Positions 41,123 through 49,887 of a stretch of DNA of 64,000 nt are shown in pieces (position 1 is the stretch's first letter; each line of letters starts with the position of its first letter). Origin of the DNA: an uncultured delta proteobacterium. GTDB taxonomy: Bacteria; Desulfobacterota; Desulfobacteria; Desulfobacterales; SG8-13. Both the position numbers and the translations under genes were made by a program. The stretch spans positions 124,001-188,000 of the forward strand of contig CAWKCK010000005.1 of assembly GCA_963848135.1 (NCBI GenBank), given 5' to 3'. Under the pieces are notes generated by a model that saw only the letters and a program-made list of their open reading frames with translations, did no database searches and had not been told where the DNA came from.

Positions 41123-41278
41123 GTTAATGAATAAGTATAGGGACGCTGGGACGTTTTGGCAACCGAGTTGTGTAACCTTTTTACCCGCAACGAGAAAGGA
41201 TAAGGCCCATAACTGTATATTTTTTACTCACACTGGTGAAAATTGCCACGGAGGTTAATGGTAATGGAGGGCGCGGCC

Positions 41279-41896
41279 CTAATCGAGGAGATTCTTAATG
41301 GCCAGGAAGGTCAAAAATAGCGAAGTAACCAGGCCGATGATACCGAAGAACGTCGGTCGCCGGAATACGAGGGCATCCACGCTCTCAAAGGGGCGATCCA
41401 GTTTATCCCATAGCGGTTTGGTCGCAAACCAGGTGTCCACCCTCTTTTCGATCTGCCGCATTTGCTCGGGGCTGAACAACAAGATCGATCCGATCAGCAT
41501 GCCAATCACACCGGCAATCTTGCCGATCAGGGCCATGGTGCTGAAAAGGATCTCATCGGTGGTATTGAATTTTCCGTCAGCGAAAAAAACTTTCAGGAAG
41601 CCTTCAACATCGAGGCGATAGAATAAAAACACCAGAATAAACGCCGAGGAGACAATCAGGCAGACCCCGGAAATGATGTTGTGGCGGTAAAACAGGTTTT
41701 CGGTCGGAATATCTCTATCGATGAAATGGGTGATTTTTGACTCAATGTCCACCGAACGGTTCAAAATCATGCCGGTTTTTTTTAGCCTCTGCGGCACAAG
41801 TAGCAACAGCAGAGACAGGAACACACCGAGAACACCGACGACCAGTGTAAAAATCTCGATCGCCTGAAGGAAAATTTCTCCGAAAAACTTTTCCAT
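41279..41896 (-). CDS. Hypothetical membrane protein (internal duplication)
   Basis: Four TM segments; two similar halves. Confidence 0.75.
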   Translation of the reverse strand: MEKFFGEIFLQAIEIFTLVVGVLGVFLSLLLLLVPQRLKKTGMILNRSVDIESKITHFIDRDIPTENLFYRHNIISGVCLIVSSAFILVFLFYRLDVEGFLKVFFADGKFNTTDEILFSTMALIGKIAGVIGMLIGSILLFSPEQMRQIEKRVDTWFATKPLWDKLDRPFESVDALVFRRPTFFGIIGLVTSLFLTFLAIKNLLD

Positions 41897-42012
41897 CCAC
41901 CTGTCTCCTGATTGTCTTCGATGCCGCTGAGCCTTTAATTAATCCCTTATACCTTCCCGCTGAGTCAGGCGGGATGATCCAAGCTATGCGATGCGGATAG
42001 CTGAGTGAGCAT

Positions 42013-42255
42013 AAACCGCCCGCTGCGCTCGAGAAGCAAAAATCGCAGAGAATGTATTACTCTTCCTTTGCCGTTGAGAGGACGGCAAAGGAAAAGCTTT
42101 CAGCTTTGATAGACAAACAAGCCACTTATGTGGCTATCTTATTGACAGTAGCAAGTTGAAGCCTCTAAAGGCTGATGATTTTTGCTTTCCGCCCTCTCAG
42201 CGGAAAGCAAAAAATTAAACAGGTTCTCAGCGTACTCAGCGTCTCTGCGGTGAAA
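42013..42255. repeat. REP-like palindromic repeat cluster (CACCGCAGAG...GCAGAG type)
   Basis: Similar ends at 35303-35332; internal hairpins; related structure at 43628-43825. Confidence 0.55.
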
Positions 42256-42749
42256 ATGAATATCAAAACGGCCCCCTTTTAGGGGTGGTATCTGACTAAA
42301 GGCATGGCCGGGGCGGTTTCCCCGACAGCGAAAAATGGGTAATTCGTGTCGCGTATTATACAGGGGAACCCGCGCGCTCGCAAGGTGTTTCCCCAATCAC
42401 CAGGCAGCGCTTCTGCCTGGCGGCGGAGAAAGAGTTTGGTTCGCAGATCTTAAACTCAATTCCTGGTAAACAAATCAAACGATCTTGTTTGAATCCCCTA
42501 CTTGACACTTTTCGACTGGGTTCACTATACAGGGTCCAGAAACGTTGCTCTATGTATCGTGGTTATTAAAAAATCCGTTATGTGAACGTTTTTTTAAGCC
42601 TCCAAATAGACACGAAAACCCGCTGCTTTTTTTGCGAGGGCCACGCAAAGGTTTCCGGTGCCACGGACTTGTCGTTCACCGCAGTCGGAAACCTTCGGAT
42701 AATCCGGCGGGACCCAGCGTAAAGAAGACCATTAATGGATGGCTAACGC

Positions 42750-42891
42750 GTGTCCGTCCAGAAATGGTAGATTTGGGCCCCGGCCAAGGCCGCAGCGATT
42801 TTGTAACCGCAGGCGTAGCGGCGCTACGTCGAGAATTACAAGGAGCGAGAACATCGGCCCGGGCCGAAAGATGCCTTTCATGGACGGACAC
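42750..42891. repeat. MITE family A copy
   Basis: GTGTCCGTCCAGAAA...TTTCATGGACGGACAC. Confidence 0.75.
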
Positions 42892-42919
42892 TAACCAATA
42901 CTACCGGCGAAAGGACAAA

Positions 42920-43576
42920 ATGATGAGAAGCCCCATAGTCACTTACTGGAAGATCCGTCTGGAAGCGCTAAAGAAGGCGTTGGAAGCGAACAATTTCGAC
43001 GCGTATGTGTGCGGAAATACCGCCGAGGCCAAGAAGCTGGTCTTAGAAACAATTCTTTCGGCGCTAAAGCCCGCCAGCATATCCTGGGGTGGCTCGATGA
43101 CCTTCTCTGCCGTCGGTCTCTATGATGCCCTCAAGGCCCGCCCGGACATTGAGGTTCTCGATACGTTCGACAAAACGATTCCGGTGGAAGAGATGCTGGA
43201 ACGCCGGCGTCGGTCTCTGCTGGTGGATCTTTTTTTCAGCGGAACCAATGCCGTTACCGAAACCGGTCAACTCGTCAATCTCGATATGATCGGCAACCGG
43301 ATCGGTGGAATAACGTTCGGACCCAAGCATGTGGTGGTCCTGGTCGGTCGCAACAAGATCGTCTCCGATCTTGAGGAAGCCTTCTATCGCATTAAAAACT
43401 ATGCGGCACCGGTCAATGCCATGCGATTGGAAAAAAATACACCCTGCCGCAAAACCTCTATCTGTGATGAATGCAAAAGCCCAGATCGGATCTGCAACAC
43501 ATGGACCATCACCGAAAAATCTTTCCCAAAAGGTCGGATCAAGGTGGTTCTGATCAATGAGGACCTGGGGTTCTAA
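42920..43576 (+). CDS. LUD-domain (YkgG/LutC-like) protein
   Basis: WGGSMT, GTNAVTETGQLVNLD..GNR, GRNKIV, C-terminal Cys cluster; AAGGA RBS. Confidence 0.85.
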   Translation: MMRSPIVTYWKIRLEALKKALEANNFDAYVCGNTAEAKKLVLETILSALKPASISWGGSMTFSAVGLYDALKARPDIEVLDTFDKTIPVEEMLERRRRSLLVDLFFSGTNAVTETGQLVNLDMIGNRIGGITFGPKHVVVLVGRNKIVSDLEEAFYRIKNYAAPVNAMRLEKNTPCRKTSICDECKSPDRICNTWTITEKSFPKGRIKVVLINEDLGF

Positions 43577-44104
43577 AGGTGTAGATTGATGCGAAGCTCA
43601 TGCATGGATCATAGCGTTTCTGAATTGGCCGCCCGCTCACTTCGCTCGCTCGACAGACACTGACGGACACAGACTTTTGCCTCCGCGACCTGCGGAGGCA
43701 AAACAAGCAGTCGCTGCGCGAGGCCATCTGCTTTTCTGCCTGAAAGGCATACATATTATACCCGGGCAAGTCGCCCGGGTATAAAGGGTTTGTCTGCGTT
43801 ATGTCAGCGTGTGTCTGCGGCTAATTTATGTGTTTATTCTAATAATATTATGAATCATTTACCCGCAAAAACCACAAACTTTTTTGGAGATGATCCAAAA
43901 ATGATAGTGCTTGGCGATACGGTATTCACTCCGATTTTCAACACCCGGCTAAATCTTTGATGCGTCGCATTCGCGCTGTTTGCATGGCAGTTGCCTGCGC
44001 GCCGCTGTCATCGGTTATTCCAAGCATTGTGACCGGCATCACCGGTCGCCTTTTTGCTTGACATGTGCTTCGCCAGTCCTTAATCATTTCTATCGTACGC
44101 TTTG

Positions 44105-44180
44105 AAGCGTGGGGTGGCCGCCGGGCCTGAGATCATACCCTCCGAACCTGACCTGGGTAATACCAGCGTAGGGAAACGTC
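44105..44180 (+). ncRNA. TPP riboswitch
   Basis: GGGGTG..CTGAGA..ATACCC..GAACCTGA.CTGGGTAATACCAGCGTAGGGA upstream of thiM. Confidence 0.95.
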
Positions 44181-44213
44181 GCTGAATGCCTGTCCTCGGA
44201 CCCGATCTTTTCT

Positions 44214-44245
44214 GCCGTTTCCCCATGGGAAACGGCTCTTTTTTT
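44214..44245 (+). terminator. TPP riboswitch terminator
   Basis: GCCGTTTCCC-CAT-GGGAAACGGC-TCTTTTTTT. Confidence 0.85.
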
Positions 44246-44403
44246 GTAAGCATTCACAGGGCACCGCATCTGCTATGTTGTCGGGCACTTGAAGTACAAA
44301 AGTACGTCTGCGCGCCCGCCGCCTTGCATCTGCGACACCCTGTAAACGCTTACAATTTTAGGGTCTGAAGCACATTGGACGTTGCAATCCTGTGAACCGA
44401 TAC
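44246..44403. repeat. 158-bp MITE, family C, copy 2
   Basis: Closely similar to 36992-37149; flanks CTTTTTTT / CTTTTTAT. Confidence 0.8.
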
Positions 44404-44508
44404 CTTTTTATATAGGTATCGACTTCACGGCTCGTTAAATGGTTGCTGGCGCACACCCACAGCACATAGAATTACCCGAATCAAAAAGGACATGACAGGA
44501 GTCGTAAC

Positions 44509-45315
44509 ATGCAAAAATTACCGCAACAGGCTGCACGTAACCTGGCAGAGATCCGAAATCAGAAACCACTGGTCCACAACATCACCAACCTGGTGGTCAT
44601 GAATTATACGGCCAATGCACTGCTGGCCATGGGGGCCTCACCAGTTATGGCTCATGCCATCAGCGAGGTTGAGGAAATGGTCTCTTTCGCCGGGGCGCTG
44701 GTATTAAACATCGGCACTCTGACCGAAGACTGGGTTGAATCGATGCTCGTCGCCGGGAAAAAAGCGACCGCATTGGGCACTCCGGTTGTTCTCGACCCGG
44801 TCGGTTCCGGCGCAACCAGCTTGCGAACGGCATCGGCTAAAAAAATCCTGTCGCAGGTCGGCGTGGGTGTTCTCAGGGGTAACGCCTCTGAAATTCTTTC
44901 TCTGCGGCATGCCGACTCTCGTACGAAAGGCGTCGATTCGATCCATGGTGTGGACGATGCCGCCCTGGCAGCCGGCATCCTGGCGGTCGAGCTGGCCACA
45001 ACCCTGGCCATAACCGGACCTGTCGACCTCGTCACCAATGGTGTTGAGACAATTCGAATCGCCAACGGCCACCCGTTAATGGCCTTTGTTACCGGCACGG
45101 GTTGCACGGCTACCGCAACGATCGGCGCTTTTTCGGCGGTCGATCCAAACCCGCTTAGCGCCGCAGCCACGGCCCTGGCCTACTTTGGAGTAGCCGGAGA
45201 AGTGGCGGCAGAGAGTGCCAACGCACCGGGCAGCTTCATGATCAAGCTACTGGATGCCCTCTACACGATAACACCGGAAGAGTTGCAGCACCGCTGCCGA
45301 TTCGACAGCAGGTAA
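44509..45315 (+). CDS. thiM: Hydroxyethylthiazole kinase
   Basis: PLVHNITN, GASPVMA, NIGTL, LDPVG, TGTGC. Confidence 0.96.
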   Translation: MQKLPQQAARNLAEIRNQKPLVHNITNLVVMNYTANALLAMGASPVMAHAISEVEEMVSFAGALVLNIGTLTEDWVESMLVAGKKATALGTPVVLDPVGSGATSLRTASAKKILSQVGVGVLRGNASEILSLRHADSRTKGVDSIHGVDDAALAAGILAVELATTLAITGPVDLVTNGVETIRIANGHPLMAFVTGTGCTATATIGAFSAVDPNPLSAAATALAYFGVAGEVAAESANAPGSFMIKLLDALYTITPEELQHRCRFDSR

Positions 45316-45390
45316 TCGCGTCATTGCGTCCGCTTCCCAACGGACAGACGAATCAGCAGGGGACGCATTCACCACCGGGAACGTTCCGCC

Positions 45391-46041
45391 ATGAAACCGG
45401 GAGCCATCGATTACAGTCTTTATTTAGTGACAGACAGAAGCCTTTCCCGCGGCCGATCCACCCGTGACATTGTTGAATCGGCCATCCGTGGCGGTATCAC
45501 CTGTGTGCAGCTCAGGGAAAAAACAGCCACCACACGAGAGTTCATCCATGAGGCCCAGAAGATAAAGGATCTATTGGCAACTTACCATATTCCCCTCATC
45601 ATAAATGATCGACTGGATGTGGCCCTGGCCGTTGAGGCCGACGGTATTCACCTGGGACAAAAAGACATGCCTCTTCGGATGGCCAGGACCATTTCAGGCG
45701 GTCGGATGCTCATCGGCATATCGGTCGAATCCGTCGAAGATGCCGTGGCGGCGGATAAGGACGGGGCGGACTATCTCGGTGTCAGCCCTATCTATGCCAC
45801 ACCCACCAAGACCGACACGGCACTGGCCCTCGGTTTGGAGGGCCTGGCGGAAATCCGTCGGTTCGTGAAGCGCCCGTTGGTCGCCATCGGCGGCTTGAAT
45901 CGGGACAATGCCGCTTCCGCCATCCGTAGCGGTGCCGACGGTGTGGCAGTGGTATCGGCCCTTGTCGCCGCCGAGGATCCCGAACGGGCAGCCCGAGAGC
46001 TGATGCACGTCATTCAAAAGGCCAGAAATAGATGCGTCTGA
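45391..46041 (+). CDS. thiE: Thiamine-phosphate synthase
   Basis: VQLREK, INDRLD, HLGQKD, TPTK, AIGG. Confidence 0.96.
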   Translation: MKPGAIDYSLYLVTDRSLSRGRSTRDIVESAIRGGITCVQLREKTATTREFIHEAQKIKDLLATYHIPLIINDRLDVALAVEADGIHLGQKDMPLRMARTISGGRMLIGISVESVEDAVAADKDGADYLGVSPIYATPTKTDTALALGLEGLAEIRRFVKRPLVAIGGLNRDNAASAIRSGADGVAVVSALVAAEDPERAARELMHVIQKARNRCV

Positions 46042-47045
46042 AAGATATCGGAGAGTTCGGTTTTATCGACCGTATCAGTCAGGGATGTTTGATCCGGCCC
46101 AAGGGGATCGTCAAGGCCATCGGTGACGACGCCGCCGCCTTCCGGACCGCGGCCGACCACCTGACGCTGGTGACCACCGACCTTCTGGTGGAAGGCGTCC
46201 ACTTCCTGCGGGACGCCACCAGTGGCTTCAATCTCGGGTATAAGGCCCTGGCCGTCAACCTGAGCGACATCGCCGCCATGGGGGGGACAGCCTGTAACGC
46301 GTTTGTCAGCATCGCCATTCCGGATGACGTCGCTCTCACCGAACTTGAAGACATCTACCGGGGCATGAAATCTCTGGCCGCCCCATATGACGTCAATATA
46401 CTCGGCGGTGATACAACCCGCTCCACCCGTGATCTGATCATCAATATCACTGTCACCGGCATGGTCTTGGAAAGTGAAGTCCTTTACCGTGATAGTGCCA
46501 AGGCCGGAGACGTAATTTTATCAGACGGATTTCTCGGAGACAGCCGGGCGGGGCTCCACCTGCTCCTGAACCGGATCGAGGCCGACAAGCCCTACCTCGA
46601 AGCCCTTCTGAATGCCCACCTTCTTCCGCGCCCCCGTCTGCACGAGGGCCGCTTCATGGCCCGCCGGTCAGGAATCCATGCTGCCATAGATGTCAGCGAC
46701 GGGCTTAGTTCCGACCTCGGACACATCCTGCGCCAAAGCAAGGTGGGCGCACGTCTTTTCGGTGACCGGATTCCGCTCTCACCCGCCCTGAAGCAATTCT
46801 GTCGTCACCTCGGATTCGATCCGATCGACCATGCTCTGGCCGGAGGAGAAGATTACGCGCTTCTGGTGACGGTCGATCCGGATGAAGCCGAAGGACTCAT
46901 CAAAGATTTCAACGAAACTTTTCACCGCCCGCTTTTCCGCATCGGTGAAATAACCGCGGCGAAAACCTTCGAGTTGCTTGAATCCGGCGGCAAGACACTG
47001 AACATCGCTCCCACGGGTTGGGATCACTTCAAAAAGGAGTCATGA
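46032..47045 (+). CDS. thiL: Thiamine-monophosphate kinase
   Basis: GEFGFI, IGDDAA, NLSDIAAMG, GGDTT, DVSDGL, GGEDY. Confidence 0.96.
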   Translation: MRLKDIGEFGFIDRISQGCLIRPKGIVKAIGDDAAAFRTAADHLTLVTTDLLVEGVHFLRDATSGFNLGYKALAVNLSDIAAMGGTACNAFVSIAIPDDVALTELEDIYRGMKSLAAPYDVNILGGDTTRSTRDLIINITVTGMVLESEVLYRDSAKAGDVILSDGFLGDSRAGLHLLLNRIEADKPYLEALLNAHLLPRPRLHEGRFMARRSGIHAAIDVSDGLSSDLGHILRQSKVGARLFGDRIPLSPALKQFCRHLGFDPIDHALAGGEDYALLVTVDPDEAEGLIKDFNETFHRPLFRIGEITAAKTFELLESGGKTLNIAPTGWDHFKKES

Positions 47046-47048
47046 ATC

Positions 47049-47888
47049 ATGCCAGCGGATAAGAATGGTGAGGTGGCCCTGCGCAATTACACGAGAGTGT
47101 TGACCATTGCCGGTTCGGACAGTGGCGGCGGGGCGGGGATCCAGGCCGATCTCAAAACATTTTCGGCCCTGGGCTGCTATGGAATGTCAGTCATTACCGC
47201 GTTGACCGCTCAAAATACGATGGGAGTGACGGGTATCCATGCCGTGCCGCCCGCATTTGCCGCCCAACAGATGGCGGCGGTCATCGGCGACATTGGTGTC
47301 GATGCCGTTAAAATCGGCATGCTCTACTCTGCTGAACTGATCGAATCGGTCGCCGCAAGCCTGAAACAGCACGGTGTGACCACCATCGTTCTCGATCCGG
47401 TCATGGTTGCCCAGAGCGGTGATAATTTGTTGCAGGAAGAGGCTGTTGTGGCTCTCAAAAAGGCCCTGGTTCCCATGGCAACCGTTGTAACACCGAACCT
47501 ACCGGAGGCAGAAGTCTTACTGGGACGTAAAATCGACGGATTAGATGGCATGCGAACGGCCGCCAGGGATTTGTCGAAACTGGGCTGCCGCAGCGTTCTC
47601 ATCAAGGGGGGCCACATGCACACTTCGGAAAGCAGCGATGTGTTGTTTATCAACGGTGAAAACCGCATCGTGGTCATGCCGGATCGGCGCGTGCAAACCC
47701 CCAATACCCACGGCACCGGGTGCACGTTGTCTTCCGCTATCGCCGCTCACCTGGCCAAAGGCCTTGGTATCGAAGCGGCCGCTCAAAGGGCCAAACAGTA
47801 CATTGCCGATGCGATCCGGGCCGGGGCAGTCTATCGAATCGGACAGGGCAGCGGACCGGTGCACCACTTTCATGAGTTCTGGGAATAA
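47049..47888 (+). CDS. thiD: HMP/HMP-P kinase
   Basis: IAGSDSGGGAGIQAD, TPNLPE, KGGH, THGTGC. Confidence 0.96.
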   Translation: MPADKNGEVALRNYTRVLTIAGSDSGGGAGIQADLKTFSALGCYGMSVITALTAQNTMGVTGIHAVPPAFAAQQMAAVIGDIGVDAVKIGMLYSAELIESVAASLKQHGVTTIVLDPVMVAQSGDNLLQEEAVVALKKALVPMATVVTPNLPEAEVLLGRKIDGLDGMRTAARDLSKLGCRSVLIKGGHMHTSESSDVLFINGENRIVVMPDRRVQTPNTHGTGCTLSSAIAAHLAKGLGIEAAAQRAKQYIADAIRAGAVYRIGQGSGPVHHFHEFWE

Positions 47889-47978
47889 GACGGGGATGAC
47901 TTTCACATAAAGGATCGGAGAGTTTCTGGCGGATTTCCTTTGCGATTGCCCATCCGCAAAAATAGACGGCACGATTGA

Positions 47979-48025
47979 GTGTCCAATTCATAAATGAGAA
48001 TTTATTTCGCTGGGCAAATGGACAC
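47979..48025. repeat. Internally deleted MITE family A copy
   Basis: GTGTCCAATTCATAAATGAG...GGACAC. Confidence 0.6.
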
Positions 48026-48046
48026 TAGTGAGGGCGGAAGTAGCGC

Positions 48047-48322
48047 TCAGCAGCAGGCCGCCGAATGTTTACCTTTGATCCAGGTCTGAATGATGTAGGC
48101 AGCGCATCCAACTCCCGGGGAGACACGAATCGCCGCAACCGGACAATTGTTGGCGCAAGCGCCACACTCCATACAACCATCGACGTCGGCCACAAGAGCC
48201 TTGCGCCCTTCCAGCACCAGAACGCCATGTGGACAAACCGCCGTGCACATACCGCATCCCACGCAGGCATCTGCGTCGTAGGACAGGGTGACAACGTCAG
48301 GAAGATACCTGAATGTTTTCAT
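48047..48322 (-). CDS. hgcB: Mercury methylation ferredoxin HgcB
   Basis: CVGCGMC..VCP and CMECGAC..NCP, GVGCA, terminal CC; directly downstream of hgcA. Confidence 0.96.
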   Translation of the reverse strand: MKTFRYLPDVVTLSYDADACVGCGMCTAVCPHGVLVLEGRKALVADVDGCMECGACANNCPVAAIRVSPGVGCAAYIIQTWIKGKHSAACC

Positions 48323-48383
48323 CTCATTTCCTTTCATGGACGGTCGTGACCCGAATGTATCCCACCGTAAACGGGTCCGATAG

Positions 48384-49628
48384 TCACGCGAAAGCCGACA
48401 CCACCCAGATGGTTGCGGCACAAAGTAAGGCGGCCCCCTGCCAGGGAATCGCCTGGCGCATCTCCTTTTCGACACCCGAAGGTGAGGTAAAGGGTGTCGC
48501 TCCCGTGAAGTTCATGGCCAGAATCGAACTGAAAGCCCCCGTACAGATCAACAGGGCCAAAAGCTCCCATCCGTTGGCGTAGCGCCAACCGGCCGCTGCC
48601 AGCATCACCCCTGATATTCCCCCGGTAAGGAGGCCTTTCAAGGCAAACGTCCGCGCAGGCAGCCAAGGCAGAAGTAGCGGTACGGAAATCGCGCCACCGA
48701 TGATCCCGGCCGCGCAGGCCGCTGCGAGCATCAACCCTCTGTACCAGGCGCCGTTAAAAGAAAATCCGCCCGGTCCGATTCCGGAGAGGATGAATCCGGC
48801 GACCAACACCCAAACCAGGTATTTGGGGATCACGGCAAGTTCCACCGGGATCAGGACAAATCGCTCCCACAGGGAAAACGTCACCTGACGCATACCGGCA
48901 TCGGCATCGAAACCGGACGCCAGAAATCGCTTGAGATCTTTCGCTCTGACGGGGCCCCACATGATCTCGAATCCACACGCTTTTTTTACATGGTGGGCAG
49001 CGACACCGGTGGCCGCCAGCTGGGGCAATACCAGCCGCCGGTGGCTGACAAGCCGCTCCAAACCAGCATTCTTGACGCAACGCACCACCTCGGCGGTGGA
49101 GAATGTCCCCTTGCCGGCAGCACACCAGACGTTGATGCCACGTGTGTCGAGCACCAGGATCCAGGCGTCGATGGCACTCAATTCTCGCCGCAATATGTCG
49201 AAGGAGAGCTTGTAGTTGGCCGTGACCAAAACCGGTGAGTTTTCTCCGGGGGTACCGGTACAATACAACCCGGGAGCAACCAGATAGCGGTTGCGTCCGA
49301 TGCCGCAGCGGACTTTGACACTGGCAAGAACATCGGCAGTGTCAAGAACAGTTCTGACCCGTGGAACTTCGCCCACAGATGTCCTTTGGAATTCAGAAAC
49401 AAAATGGCATAATCGGTATCCCGGTCGCTCATAGGGGCTACAGGGCGGACCAGCGGGTGGACCGCAACATACGGCTTCTCCTTGAGCATCTTGGGCGGCC
49501 GCAACCAAATCCGAATCTGCACCTGCAGATGCGGATTTGTCTCAGCAGCTTTTGGATAGCGTCTCGGTCTGGCCGTCGATGTAAGATTCAGCTGAAAGGG
49601 CTTTGGCGCGATGGCCTGCTTCCTTCAT
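48384..49628 (-). CDS. hgcA: Mercury methylation corrinoid protein HgcA, predicted selenoprotein (Sec at codon 29)
   Basis: Cap-helix NVWCAAGKG, VTANYKLSFD, C-terminal TM helices; in-frame ATG 49628...TGC TGA followed by SECIS-like hairpin (identity near certain; 5' extension ~0.75). Confidence 0.95.
49506..49539 (-). promoter_or_regulatory. Putative bacterial SECIS element
   Basis: CAAATCCGCATCTGC-AGGT-GCAGATTCGGATTTG starting 2 nt after the UGA (49542-49544). Confidence 0.75.
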
Positions 49629-49731
49629 GACTTCGATCTTTCTGCCTCCGATACTATCGCATAACCATAAAGAATGGTCCGGCGGTGGTTCTGCCCGACA
49701 TCAAAAGTGGTCAATAATACTGTCTGGTGAC

Positions 49732-49760
49732 ACCATATGTGTGTGGTGGTGATTATGCAA
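49732..49760 (-). promoter_or_regulatory. Putative sigma70 promoter of hgcAB
   Basis: TTGCAT-17 nt-TATGGT. Confidence 0.5.
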
Positions 49761-49887
49761 GGGGGTTTTATTCTGTTTTTCAAAAACAGATTCGGATATA
49801 CAGACGGGTGCTATAAGTGTTTGGTGAATAAACGGTCAAATAAAAAAACTTTTTTCTACAACCACGCTATGCTCTGGAGTCCATAAA

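Noticed and set aside
42545..42919. N-terminal extension of the LUD protein
   Set aside because: Runs through a structured leader and a MITE; the RBS supports ATG 42920.
48323..48475. Longer HgcB or an HgcAB fusion
   Set aside because: hgcA has its own stop at 48384; HgcB-like sequence starts at MKTFRYL (48322).
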